From positions 149,234,001 through 149,298,000 of the forward strand of contig NC_059428.1 in assembly GCF_021028975.2 (NCBI RefSeq): DNA of 64,000 nucleotides, given 5' to 3'. This DNA comes from Sphaerodactylus townsendi. Lineage: Eukaryota. Shown piece by piece: positions 10,300 to 22,022 of the stretch (position 1 is its first letter; the number at the start of each line of letters is the position of its first letter). The notes beneath the pieces were generated by a model. The model was given only the letters and a program-made list of their open reading frames with translations. It did not search any database and was not told the DNA's origin. The translations under genes were made by a program, and so were the position numbers.

Positions 10300-13200
10300 G
10301 TGAGTGGCTGGAGGCAGGTGGCAGAGGGCACGGGACGGGGCAGATGGGGGCACACGCTAGCCCGTGTCGCCGTGCTCGGAAGGGGCAGCAAAAATGGGGG
10401 GCGCCTTCCAGGGGCTGATTGAGGACGAGGGCAGGCATTCCTCCGCTCCTCTTCAGTCACCTGGATTTCTAATATAGCAGGAAGGTTAAAAAAGCAGCCG
10501 TCTGGAAGTGCGGACACAGGGCCACAATTCACTTGAGAATGTGGGTGGGGGGTGGGTTCTGAGGGCATTCACGCCCTGGTCACCCCCAGTCTCTGCTCTG
10601 CCCTCGCAGGAAGCCCTGGGGTACGGGGTCAGGTGGTCGAAGCCATTAAATGCCAGTGAGGTGGCACGCCCAACATGCCCCCGAGCCAGGGAGCCCTCTG
10701 CCAGGCCGTGCAGGAGGGGGAGGGCAGGCAAGCCCCAACCGATCGGAGGAGGCCCTTGGGGCCGTGTCTGCTTGGCATCCCTAGCTCGTTCTTGCGCAAG
10801 GCACAGATGTGGCATCTTGTGTGGGTGGGCAGTGGCTGGGTGGGGCAGCAGGCCCTTGTTTACTTCTTGGAAGGCAGCTTCAGAGGACCCAGACGGGGGT
10901 CCATGGGTCCAGCCCCACACGGGCCTCAGCAGGTGTTTCCTGTTGCTCAAGCCGTGAGTTCGCCCGGATTTCACAAGCCTGCAATTGCAACTCGAAAACA
11001 CCCTGATTGGAGCTAAAAACAACATAAGAACATAAGAACTAGCCTGCTGGATCAGACCAGAGTCCATCTAGTCCAGCACTCTGCTACTTGCAGTGGCCCA
11101 CCAGGTGCCTTTGGGAGCTCACAGGCAGGATGTGAAAGCAATGGCCTGCTGCTGCTGCTGCTGCTCCTGAGCACCTGGTCTGCTAAGGCATTTGCAGTCT
11201 GAGATCAAGGAGGATCAAGATTGGTAGCCATGGATCGACTTCTCCTCCATAAATCTGCCCAAGCCCCTTTTAAAGCTATCCAGGTTAGTGGCCATCACCA
11301 CCTCTTGTGGCAGCATATTCCAAACAACAATCACATGTTGCGTGAAGAAGTGTTTCCTTTTATTAGTTCTTCCCCCCAGCATTTTCAATGAATGCCCCCT
11401 CGTTCTAGTATTGTGAGAAAGAGAGAAAATTTTCTCTCTGTCAACATTTTCTACCCCGTGCATCATTTTATAGACTTCAATCATATCCCCCCTCAGACGT
11501 CTCCTCTCCAAACGAAAGAGTCCCAAACGCTGCAGCCTCTCCTCATAGGGAAGGTGCTCCAGTTCCTCAATCATCCTCGTTGTCCTTCTCTGCACTTTTT
11601 CTATCTCCTCAATATCCTTTTTGAGATGCGGCGACCAGAACTGGACACAGTACTCCAAGTGCGGTCGCACCACAGCTTTATATAAGGGCATGACAATCCT
11701 TGCAGTTTTATTCTCAATTCCTTTCCTGATGATCCCCAGCATAGAGTCTGCCTTTTTCACAGCTGCCATGCATTGAGTTGACATTCCCGTGGAACTATCC
11801 ACTAAGACGCCCAAATCCCTTTCCTGGTCTGTGACTGACAGCACTGACCCTTGTAGAGCTGGCCCCCTGCAGGCCCTCATGGTTGTGCCAGCTTCTGTAT
11901 CCCCAGGCTGGATTTTTCGCTGAAATGCAGGTTTTTGTGCCAACGGAAAATAGGTGGCACAAAAGAAAGAAATCAAGCGGGAACCCCAGCAATGCACGGA
12001 GGGCCCTGCCTGTGCACCCCCCAGCTCCCTGGCAGAAGGGCAGGACAAAAATGTATGGATACCCAGTTAAGTGCGGAGATGAGTAGAACAGATTTGCTTT
12101 TAAAAAAACCAGGCCCTTTGAAAACACGCGTTTCCCCAGAGCAGCCATTCCCTGCTGCCTCGAACATGTTTGGCCCAGTTCCAATGGGCAAGGGGCAGAC
12201 AACCGGGCATTGGCCCACCCCGTCCTTTCAGAGGCCTCGGGGCCTGTGCCGTAAGCCAACTCCAGCACTGGCTGTGTCATGCAGAGAGTTGTGTACCGTG
12301 TGTGTTTTCTATCTCCCCACCCTCCTCTGCCTCCAGTCCATTATGCGGCAGACAAGCTGGATGAGTTTATTGGCGTGATCAACCGTCAGCTGCAGCCCCT
12401 CTCCATGGAGATCCGGAAAGGCAAGGAGGAAGAGTCCGGCCATACGTGTTATGCGCTGGTAAGCTGGACAACTCTGCTGTGCTGAGGCCTCTGGTGGCCT
12501 TGGAAGTAAAAAACTTCCTCGGAAGAGTCTGCCAGGGAGGTCGGCACCCTCAGTGGAATGGAGGGGGCCCCCTCGCTCTCCACAGCCTCCAGGCTTCATC
12601 AGAACGTTTTATAAAATGCCCCTCGTTTCAAGTCAAGGTCTGACCCCTGACCCAGTTACTCCAGAGGTGATTGACAAGCTGGAACGGGTCCAGAGGAGGG
12701 CGACCAAAATGGTCAAAGGTCTGGAATCCATGCCCTACGAGGAGGAGAGACTGAGGGAGCTGGGGATGTTTAGTTTGGTGAAGAGAAGATTAAGAGGTGA
12801 CATGATAGCCCTGTTTAGATATTTGAAGGGATGCCATGTTGGTGAGGGAGCAAGCTTGTTTTCTGCAGCTCCAGAGACCAGGACACGGAGCAATGGGTTC
12901 AAGGTGAAGGAAAAGGGATTCCACCTGAACATCAGGAAAAACTTCCTGACTGCACCGGAGTCCATATGCACTGGAGACAAATTCCTTGTGTGTCCAATCA
13001 CACTTGGCCAATAAAGATTCTATTCTATTCATTCTATTTTGTCAGGGCTATTGGACAGTGGAATTCACTGCCTCGGAGAGTGGCAGAGTCTCCTCCTTTG
13101 GAAGTTTTTAAAGAGAGACTGCATGGCCATCTGTCAGGAGTGCTTCGATTGTGTGTTCCTGCATTGCATGGGGTTGGACTGGATGGCCCTTGGGGTCTCT

Positions 13201-15614
13201 TCCAACTCTGATTCTACGGAGGCCGTCGTGCCAGAGGCACGGGCAACTCAGCAGCATCTAGGGCAGGGAGAGAGCAAACAAGGAACACCTTGAGGGGAAG
13301 GGGCAGTTCTGGCCACCAGCAACAGCACCTCTGTTTTTGCACAGGTGAATATGGCGGAAACCGCAGTGACTCGAATGGCGAGTGACTACACTGAAACAGA
13401 GCTGGAGCTGTTCAAGAAAACAGTTAAGTGTGTGTTTTGAGGCTGGCACTCAGACCTCTCTGTGTGTGTGCGCGCGCACAGGAGCATGTGAGTGGCGTAG
13501 TTCAGTCTAGAAAGCTCACCAGGCAGTGTTGCTCCATGGGCTGGCTAAGGGGCTATTGTGCCTGATTTGGGCAGTGACGGGGCGCGCGAGGGACTTTCCT
13601 CAAGCGTGCCATTTCTAGGCCTTGGAGCAACAGCCAGGCCGTCTGGATGCTCCTTACTTTCTGCCCCCCCAATTAGCAGGGTGTGTTGCCACTGCCGCTG
13701 AGCTGCCAGCCCCAAGCCCTGGATGGGAATCAGAAACAAGCATGCTGGAGCTGGTCTCTGGTCTCCAGCAGGCTGGCTTGGAAGCTCCACTAAACTCTGT
13801 GCCAACTGAAAGGAGAAGAGTTTTGGGTGGGGCTGCGCAGACCCTGTGGGGTCCCGCCTTTTCCTGACGTCACAGGGCAGGCCCACTCTCTTTGGGGGGC
13901 TCTGGAACGGGGAGAACTCAACGCTCCCTTTCGCAGTGACGCAAGGAGAAAAGGAGAGGCTGCCGCTGCCCGTGCTGGGCAGGTGGTCTACCCGGGAGTC
14001 AAAGGCCTGGAGCAACTCTGCTTGTGGCTGTGTGGGCCCAAAACATAACTGTGTGTGTTGGGGGAAGATATTCTCCTCATGCACAGCTGCGTGGGGGAAG
14101 CAGGGACGGTGGGCAGGCCGTCTCTCTCCCTCACCCCCATCTTTGCCGCAGACACGGGAGGAAGCCACTGCCTGGACTTGGTCTCCATGTCACCCATCTG
14201 GAAAGGGGGGCGGGGCGGGGGGACAAGTCATGGAGAAGGTGGGGGGGAGGAGTGCTCCTCAGGCCCCCCCTTGTCTCTTGCTGCAGATGCACCAGATCGT
14301 CTTGTCCGAGAATGGCTTCGTGTCTTCCACGAAGATGCTGAACGTGGCTGACCAGCTGAAGCCCAAGAAGATGAGGAAGGGGGACGCAGAGCAGGTGCTG
14401 CGGCGTCTGGTCCAGGAGAAGTGGCTGTCCGAGGTAACGGCTCCGGTCGGCCCCTGGGACTGGCGGCCTCGGCTCACCTCTTGGCAAGACGAGTGGCCGT
14501 CTGACAGAGGCAGGCCCGGACCACTTCCAGCAATTTGGGGGAGGGGTGGGGCACGGCTGTGTTCCACAAGATCCCTGGGGGGAATGCCAATAGTCTGGCA
14601 AGGAGGGCAGGCTGCTTCCCCTGGGGAAGGGTCCCAGCAGGCAGGGGAGAGGGAGGCCGGTCTAACAGCGCCTGCTTTCCCCCAGAAAGAGGGAGAGTTC
14701 ACGCTGCACGCCCGCTGCATCCTTGAGCTGGAGCAGTACATCCTCAGCCACTATCCGGACATGGTCTCCAAGTGCCACATCTGCCACACCCTGGTCATCC
14801 AGGTAACCGGGGCACGGGGGCCCCCACCGCTTCCCCTGCGGGTCGCAGGCGCGGCTGTTTCCGGCCTGGCCCAGAGGATAAGCTGGGAGGGAAACCAGAA
14901 CTCCAAAAGCTTGCTTCTCGCCCTTCCCTTTCAGCTGCAGCGTCTTGGTCCTTCTCACGCCTGCCCCTGGGGCAGCCTCCTTGTGGAAAGCAGGAAGAAA
15001 GCCCAGCTGGGCTTGCCCTGCAGGCAGAGGAGCCCCCACCCCAAGGGGTTGCACAAGCAAGCAGGCAGCCCTCCCGCTAACCGGGGCCCTTCCCTTTCAG
15101 AAACAAGTGTGCCCGGACTGCGGGATTGCCACGCACGCCCACTGCCTAGCCAGATACGTCCAAGCGCAAACAGAGCCCTGCTGCCCTCACTGCAAGCAGT
15201 TTTGGCCTCAAAGGGTTCCAGGTATGGGCGTCTCCAAGTCCCCTGCATGAAGGGGGGGGGGGCCCTCCTCTGTCCTCACGGCACATTCGGCAATTAAACC
15301 AGGACAAGGAAATCCATAAAACAGCAGAGTTTTTATTGAGGCAGCCTCCCAGGAGAGAAGGCGCCCGGTGCCTCATGCCAGGCAGAGAGCGTTACCTGGG
15401 AGAAATCCAGCCTTGCACGGACATGATAATTCAGCCGCGAGGGCCCTGGCAGAGCTCCTGAGCCGCCCTCGCTTCAGGGTGCTGTTTTGCGTGGCCGTTG
15501 GGGTACAGCGAGGGAGGAGCTGTTCTCCACCCTTCAGCCAGCCTTGCCTTTCCCCCCTCTTTTCCAGAGCTCAGCCAACCGGCTACTCTGCCGTCCACCA
15601 GCACCTCTAGGTAG
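10137..15614 (+). CDS. NSMCE1: Non-structural maintenance of chromosomes element 1 (SMC5/6 RING subunit), join(10137-10299, 12337-12458, 13345-13422, 14287-14433, 14686-14802, 15101-15221, 15568-15614), about 264 aa
   Basis: Peptides match remembered NSE1 sequence: [66 protein letters not shown]-like CHIC..CPDC..HAHC..CPHC. Splice phases consistent. Confidence 0.95.
11021..11852 (-). mobile_element. CR1 LINE, 5' truncated, in NSMCE1 intron
   Basis: ORF2 C-terminal peptide [38 protein letters not shown]; (TTCTTATG)n tail. Confidence 0.92.
12337..12458 (+). CDS. NSMCE1: NSMCE1 exon
   Basis: [40 protein letters not shown]; GTAAGC donor. Confidence 0.95.
12668..13217 (+). mobile_element. CR1 LINE 3' fragment, interrupted by a nested insertion
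   Basis: [32 protein letters not shown]; CR1 3' end. Confidence 0.9.
12952..13040 (+). mobile_element. Probable Rex1/Babar-type LINE 3' end nested in CR1
   Basis: CAAATTCCTTGTGTGTCCAATCACACTTGGCCAATAAAG plus (ATTCT)n tail; splits the CR1 motif CTGACT|GTCAGGG. Confidence 0.6.
13345..13422 (+). CDS. NSMCE1: NSMCE1 exon
   Basis: [26 protein letters not shown]; atypical GTTAAG donor. Confidence 0.92.
14287..14433 (+). CDS. NSMCE1: NSMCE1 exon
   Basis: [49 protein letters not shown]. Confidence 0.95.
14686..14802 (+). CDS. NSMCE1: NSMCE1 exon
   Basis: [39 protein letters not shown]. Confidence 0.95.
15101..15221 (+). CDS. NSMCE1: NSMCE1 RING exon
   Basis: [36 protein letters not shown]. Confidence 0.95.
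15332..15337 (-). terminator. Probable KDM8 polyadenylation signal AATAAA
   Basis: First canonical hexamer on the minus strand after the KDM8 stop, followed by a U/GU-rich tract. Confidence 0.5.
15568..15614 (+). CDS. NSMCE1: NSMCE1 last coding exon
   Basis: Strong polypyrimidine/CAG acceptor, phase 1, [15 protein letters not shown], followed by ATTAAA at 15770. Confidence 0.75.
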
Positions 15615-15769
15615 AAGAGTTCCTGCAGGACCCAGGTGACAGTCAGGACGCCGGGCAAAGAATGCTCTCCCTCCTCCCCAGTCTTCACAGAGCAGGAAGG
15701 AGCCGCTTTGGGCCGGGTCAGCGGAGCTGCAGTCCCCCTTGGGCTTCTGCCCTCAGTGTTGTTTCTGGA

Positions 15770-15775
15770 ATTAAA
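15770..15775 (+). terminator. Probable NSMCE1 polyadenylation signal ATTAAA
   Basis: First hexamer downstream of the stop codon, followed by T/GT-rich sequence. Confidence 0.55.
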
Positions 15776-16000
15776 AGTTCTGCAGTATTTTCCTCCAAAC
15801 TGTGCTGTCCCTCGTTCCTTCACTGCGCGAGGGCCTCTGCGTCACGAGCTGGAGCTCAGCACTTGCCGACAGACACTCCTTCCACAGGGGACGAAGGAAT
15901 TTGTCTTCCTGCCCCATTTCTTACTTGCCTTCCTTCCTTCCTCTCCCCCGGAGGGGTCTAGGAGGCTGAGTCCCACCATCCGGGGCGGAGCGGGGGGGGG

Positions 16001-16165
16001 CTACGACCACCAGAAGCTGATGGAGAAGCTGGTGTCCAGGGCCCTCACGTAGTGCCAGTATTGAACCGGGATAAAGAGAACCTGGCCCGGGTTTAGGATG
16101 CAGGCCTGAAACGCAGCCGTCTCAAACCGAGGGAACCGCACCAAGTCGGGCTCTTCCACGTCCAC
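16001..16165 (-). CDS. KDM8: KDM8 last coding exon
   Basis: [33 protein letters not shown]. Confidence 0.95.
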   Translation of the reverse strand: MDVEEPDLVRFPRFETAAFQACILNPGQVLFIPVQYWHYVRALDTSFSISFWWS

Positions 16166-19100
16166 CTGGGCAGGACAGACACGACCTTGTTTCACTGCCA
16201 CGCCCACAGTGGGAGACTCACACGGCCCCAGCACGGGAACGGGAGCACGCACCTGGCTAGTGTTGTGGAGAAGGTGGCCCTCGTGGGGGTACAGCTTTTC
16301 TGTCTCAGCGGGAGAATAGAGGCGCACGTACTTCCGACCCATGACCTGCCAGTGAGAAAGAGCCTGACTGGAGGGCCGCCTGCTCTTTGCTGATCGACTG
16401 GGCAGAAAGGGATCGGGGCCACTGAGCATCCTCCCACTTGGCAGGAAGCCGCCACAGTGCTGCTCTGGACTGTTTTCTCTGTGCCCTCCTTGTCACTCGA
16501 CTCGAGGGGGCGAAGGAGTCCTGGGGGCTGGGGCTGGGTGGAGCCAAGCTCTCCTTTTGGCCCATTTGGTCATAACACCACTACTAGGAGAACCAGAGAT
16601 AGCACCTCCCCCACCCCCCAACACTACAAAGCAGAATGACCAGAAGTCTTGGTGCGGGGCTGCTCCTCCAGCCCTTCCAGGCCTTTGCAGCCCCCTTGTG
16701 AAAAAGCACAGCGAGGGTCAGACCTGGACCAAGAAATTCTGCTGCGGGTCCTGGTGGAGGGGCGAAACGGTTCCTGCCGGCCCAAACCAGGCGTTGACGG
16801 TGATGTCGTCTTCCTCGCCTTTGCCCAGACAGCAGTAGTCGGGGATGCCGATATCCTGCTTCAGCTCCGGGATCTGCCAGGGATCGAGAAGCGGAGAGAG
16901 AGTCACCCGTAGGCCGCCCTCGTTCTCTCAAAATGCGGAGCACGTGTGAGCAGACAGCCTGAGCTCCGGTGGTAGTGGGTGAGCCCGTCTTTGGCTCCAT
17001 GGGCCCCCGAGAACTGAGGCAGGCGCCAAATGTTTTCACGGGAAAAGCAGCACAGCCCCACCTATTGTGGGTTGCTCCTAACTAAGGGGAAATTAGCCTG
17101 CACCCGTTGGAGATTCCACTTGGCATCACTGTTCCCTGGAATGCATGTCAGAGAACCCCTCAGCGGGTCCTCCCCACCCACAACAGGGGCAGTAATTCAC
17201 CCCTCTGAAGAATTTCTTGCGTGGGCTTTCTCCTTCGCTGCCCCACCCCAGCTGTGGCCCAGGGGTGCTAAGAAGGGATGTGTATCTGTTCGCCCCTGTG
17301 GGTTCTTGCTCCATCGTCCTCTGACCAGCCACAGAATGTCAGGTGGCAGGAAGTCCTGCATCGTGCTGCTTCACTGGAAATTAGTCAGAGGAAGGGTTTG
17401 GTTTGGGTCAAGAAGGAATTTCTCCTCTGCTTAGATGGCTCAGTGATTAGCGGGGCAGAGAGAAGAGTTTGGATTTATATCCCACCTTTCCCTCCTATAA
17501 GGAGACTCAAAGTGGCTGACAAGCTCCCTTCCTCTCCCCACAACACCTTGTGAGGTAGGTGGGGCTGAGAGAGTTCTGAGAGAACTGTGACTAGCCCACG
17601 GTCACCCAGCAGGAATGTAAGAGTGCGGGAACACATCTGGTTCACCAGATAAGCCTCTGCCACTCAGGTGGAGGAGCAGGGAATCAAACCCGGTTCTCTT
17701 GCCCAATCTGTGCCCCTTTTGGCCTCTCCCAACAACTGTTCTCCTCAAAAGTCCCTGTGAGCCTTCACCTGCTCAAAGAGTTGGTGCTGGGCGAGATATC
17801 CGGTGTGATCCTGAAGTTGAAGAGAAGAAGGGAGAAAATATTATACACTTACATATTTATTATATTTGTATCCCTCCCCCCTCCCTGACCGAAGTTGGGC
17901 TCAGGGCGGTGCCCAAACATTTAAAACAATACCTTCAATACATAAAATGTGACTATCATTAAAACTCAGGAAGGTGTCAGAATTTAGGCCTATTAAAAGC
18001 CCAGATCACACATAAAACTTTGCAGGAGCCACTCAAGCATGGGTGACACTGAGAGCAGGCGACGCTGAAGAGAGCACATTGCAGGGAGGTCAGTGGATGG
18101 TATCAGGAAGCACGAATGCCCTCAGCCAAAGGTCCGGTGGAACAGAACCGGTTACAGTCCCGGAGGGCCCTGGTGGCGAGAGTTGAAAAAGCCCCTGGCT
18201 CTGGCTGAGGCCAGGAACTACCAGAAGATTTTTGTTCAGGACCAAAGCGTCCTCCGTGGGCAATATGGGGTGATATGGTTCCGTAGGTAGGATGGCACCA
18301 CCACCCCACCCACCCGCCCGCCAAGAAAGGTCCCACAATTGTTTCCAGCCAGACTGCATGCTCGGCTGACCCCTCCCCAAAAGACCTGATTCTCGATGTA
18401 GTGGCTGATGAAGTCATCGACGGACATGAGGGTCTGGGACCACTCCTCGTCTGTGTAGCGGGAGCCAACTTCCACGGGGACGGTGCGGCTGCCGGCCACT
18501 TGGTGGATGTATTCTATGCTGCAGTGAGAAGCAAAGGCCCTGAGGTGGCTTCTGGCTCTCCAAAGGGCCTGACCCACAGAAGCGAGGGCCACTCCCTCAC
18601 TGTCTGTCCTGAGCCTCGTCTCAAAAGGAACAGGGGCTTCCCCCCAGCTCAGAGTCTGGGGAAGCAGGGCAGGAAGCTACCCCTGAGGGCTGACTTTGGG
18701 GGGGGGCGGGGGGATGACAGAAACACGGCAGCTTCTCTCACCTCCACTTCTTCATGCAGGGCCAGTGGTCGACAACCTCTTCCAAGATCACAGGCTTCTG
18801 AGGAAGCAGGAAATTATCTCGGAAGTGTTCCAGCGACGGGCAGTGAAGCCGCAAAACCCTCTCTGGTGTTTTTATAGCAGGGACCTCTGCAGGGCCTGTC
18901 CGAGTTCTCTGCAATGAGGAGACATTCTCAGCACTCTCAACCCAAACTTTCCTTAACGGGCAGCCCGATTCTCGGTGCCTGCCACCAAAATGTCGGACGG
19001 TAGAGCACTGGTCACCTGTAAACCTTCTGGCACCTCTGTGTGGGGTGGTACACAGGCAGCATTTTAGGCCAAGCTTGTTGGGTTTTGGGGCACATTAATG

Positions 19101-19707
19101 TGGCTGGAACCAGGGATCAGATCTGTTTCCAGCGCAATGGAAAAGGCGCTTAAGCAAGCAACTCAGGGGCACCCAATACCTTTGGGAGGGGCTCCTTGGC
19201 ATCTCCAGCCGCAGGTCTTTTGGGCAGATGTGGCCGAAGGACGCCGATCACCTTGGCCAAGACGTTGTCCAGGATGGAGGCCCCCATCAGCAGCCCCAGG
19301 TCGCAGGTGCGCACGGCCTCGGGCACAGCCCCGCCAGCACGGCACACACAGAGCACCTTGAAGAGGCAGCCGTAAGCGTAGACGCGGCGCCACGCCTTGT
19401 CCACGTCTCTCCACGTCCCGATGTTCAGCTTCTCCCAAGAGTAGTCCAGGATGATCTCGGCCAGGCCCAGGCAGGTGGCGGAGTCCGTGCCCTCCTCGTA
19501 AAGGAGGTCTGCTGCCTGCTGAAGCAAGAGGAGGACGCTGCTCTCCACGGCCTCGCCGAAGTCCAGCAGCAAGCCCTCTCTGGTGCTGGGCAGGAGTGCC
19601 CGGAGGTCAGCCCACAAGGTGTGGGCAGCCAGGGCTGTGTCTGGAGGGGTGGGCGACTGCCCCCCGCTGTCCTGAGTGGGACTGCTCAGCCCCTTGCTCC
19701 CTGGCAT
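16001..19707 (-). CDS. KDM8: Lysine demethylase 8 / JMJD5 JmjC hydroxylase, complement(join 19180-19707, 18742-18908, 18386-18518, 17769-17810, 16724-16873, 16253-16345, 16001-16165), about 425 aa
   Basis: [81 protein letters not shown] (HxD), [19 protein letters not shown]. Phases consistent. Confidence 0.96.
16253..16345 (-). CDS. KDM8: KDM8 exon
   Basis: [31 protein letters not shown]. Confidence 0.95.
16724..16873 (-). CDS. KDM8: KDM8 JmjC exon (HxD)
   Basis: [29 protein letters not shown]. Confidence 0.95.
17460..17699 (-). mobile_element. Squam3-type SINE, 5' truncated
   Basis: Homologous to the 3814-4110 copy. Confidence 0.8.
17769..17810 (-). CDS. KDM8: KDM8 42-nt exon
   Basis: [14 protein letters not shown]. 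Confidence 0.93.
18386..18518 (-). CDS. KDM8: KDM8 exon
   Basis: [44 protein letters not shown]. Confidence 0.93.
18742..18908 (-). CDS. KDM8: KDM8 exon
   Basis: [36 protein letters not shown]. Confidence 0.93.
19180..19707 (-). CDS. KDM8: KDM8 first coding exon
   Basis: [29 protein letters not shown]; AAG|GTATTG donor. Confidence 0.9.
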
Positions 19708-20069
19708 CTCTTCTGGGACGTCCCAACACCAAATCCTAAGCAGGCCCCCCAACTACCCCCTGAATCTCACAAAGCAAGGGGCCAGGGAGATTGGCAGCAA
19801 CTGAGGCATCTCAGAGGGAGGGGGTGGGGGCCAGTGGTGCTCTATCCCCCTCCCAAATCAGGTCTGAGATCTCCGCGCCCCCAATCGAGATCTTCCTTTC
19901 CCGATCTCAGCAGCAGCTGCCGTCCGAGATAGACTGCACTTGTACATGGAGGCTCCCTCAACAGGTGCAAAGGAGGGGGGCGCTCCCGCACTCCCACCTC
20001 CCAGCACTCGAAATCCCCCCTGGCAGGAAACTCCTGCCGGTCTCGATCTCCTCCCCCCCCCCCCCCACT

Positions 20070-20290
20070 CCACTCCCGAGTCTCGGAAGGCCGCTCTAGG
20101 CACGCCAGGGCCATCGAGGAGAGGCGACCACCGAGACGACCTCTCGCTAGTGCTTAGAGCGTCTTTTCGGCAGCTTGCGCGCAGCGCCGCCCAGCGGACA
20201 AGAGCGGGATTGCAAGTGGGCTTGGAAGGACCAGGCTGGGAAACGCAGCCCACGTGGAGCGCGAGCTGGGGCGGGGGGGGCTGCAGGGGG
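20070..20290 (-). promoter_or_regulatory. CpG-rich region, probable KDM8 promoter / non-coding first exon
   Basis: Local CpG cluster with a GC box and CACGTG E-box about 0.4-0.6 kb upstream of the KDM8 ATG. Confidence 0.5.
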
Positions 20291-22022
20291 GAGATCAGGA
20301 GTCTGGGGTGGGGAGAGGGAAGAGAAGCACCCCTTTCAGTTGCAGGGGCCAAGGGGAAGGGGCTGCTTCTCTTCCCCTGCCCACCCCACCCAGACCCCTT
20401 CTCTCCACCCTTGGCCGGGATCTGACCTCCTGGGAGTCTCTGGCTCCCCTCTGTCCCGAGAGGAAACTCCCCAGCCACTCCTCTTGGCTACTTGCCTCCT
20501 CCCCCTTCCCGCTCTCTGCGCTGCTCCGAAAGGCTCAAATCTCACATGCTGTGAAGACCCCTGGTGGAAATTTGGTTGTTGTGGAGGGGGCTTAAGAAAC
20601 ACCCCAACCCTGACGACTGAAGCACTTTAGGAGTCTTCTGCTCTTACACAGGTGGCCGCAAACATGACCCTGTTGCAGCCCACGCATCTCTGCATCTTCC
20701 TCCTCCGTGCGATGCACAGTTTTAAAGCACGGCTCTGCTCTTCCATCTCTTGTCATTTCTTCTCACTTCCATTGTTCATGGTTCCTGTAGCTGAAGATGC
20801 TGCCAGGAATTGAACTGGAGACCTCTTCTATGCCAATCCTGGCTGAGTCTAAACAGGCCTCACTTATGGGCCAAAATTGTCTTGTATAATTAAGGAGACA
20901 GAGCCACACAGGTTCTAAAAACAAGTGGCAGGCACCAGGGAAATTGTTGGTGGGCGCCACCACAGGCAGGCAGGCAGGCCCCCTCCCCCTCCCTGGTGCC
21001 CCTGGTCCTAGGTAGCCCCTTGTGGACCCTGCCGGTGGAGCATGGGAGCCAAAACTGTCCTTTGACTCTGTACTGGGCAAGATCCTTTTCTTCCTGATCA
21101 GGTTTTTCTCTGGGAGCGACAGGAGCCTGGCTCTTCCCGTGCTCAACTGTTTCCTTCCGCAGACCTTCCTTCTCCCCACTGACTTATCTGAACTAGCCCC
21201 TGTGACTCTGTCGCTGTCTTTGGGGCTGGGGAACAGACACCTGCTCAGTCGTTCCGCACTGGAGCCCTCGGCGGAGCATTTTCGCTAGACAGATCGATTT
21301 TTAAAATGACAGCATCTGTTTGCTTGTACACATTTATTTATAATTCTTCCCCTGGCGATTATCATGGGAGCTTGGTGAGTAATAACCAGCTGTGTGAATT
21401 AGCAAGGAGAGGAAACAGTGATCTGATCTGTGCAGGAAGACAGCGAGGCCAGGGGCAGCCAACGCTCCTCCGCCCATGCCCTGAACACAGAGTCCCGGGA
21501 AGGGAGATGGGCAGGAGTGGAACCGACCGATGAGAGGGCAAGGCCTCTCCCCCGCAGGAGCCAGACTCAGCCCGCCTCCTCTCCCCGACTCCTTGCAAAC
21601 CAGACCCAGTTCTCCCCTCTCCTAGCAGGTCTCCTTTCCACTACCTGGCGGTTGCACCCCCTCCCCCGCTGTCTTCCTCTGTTCTTTGGCAGGGCTGCCA
21701 CCAGCCCCGCCCCAGCTACCCCGTTTGATGCTGGTGGGACCTTGGCGTGTGCAGGAGGCTGGCTGGGCCAGAGGTTGCCCAGAGAGCACCACACTGCTCA
21801 GGGGAACAAGGTGGCCCCAATATCAGAGGCTGTCGGGGGCACAGTGCTGACCCCTCTCTGCACCAGCTCAGAGTTTTGTGGGTAAGCCTTCGGTGGGGTG
21901 ATCCTCCTCCGTTCCCCTGGGAGATCGAGGGAACACTCCAGGGCTGTTGTGACTGGCACAGTCTGTCTTAGGGCATGCTTGTCTCCCAACATGATCTTAG
22001 TTGCCCACTGGGAGAGCAAATA

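Noticed and set aside
11215-12048. 277-aa ORF as a host gene
   Set aside because: CR1 ORF2 C-terminal fragment.
13846-15297. 483-aa ORF as a single novel gene
   Set aside because: It is two NSMCE1 exons plus stop-free GC-rich intron sequence; the homology is confined to the exons.
19228-19932. 234-aa plus-strand ORF
   Set aside because: Antisense shadow of the GC-rich first coding exon of KDM8.
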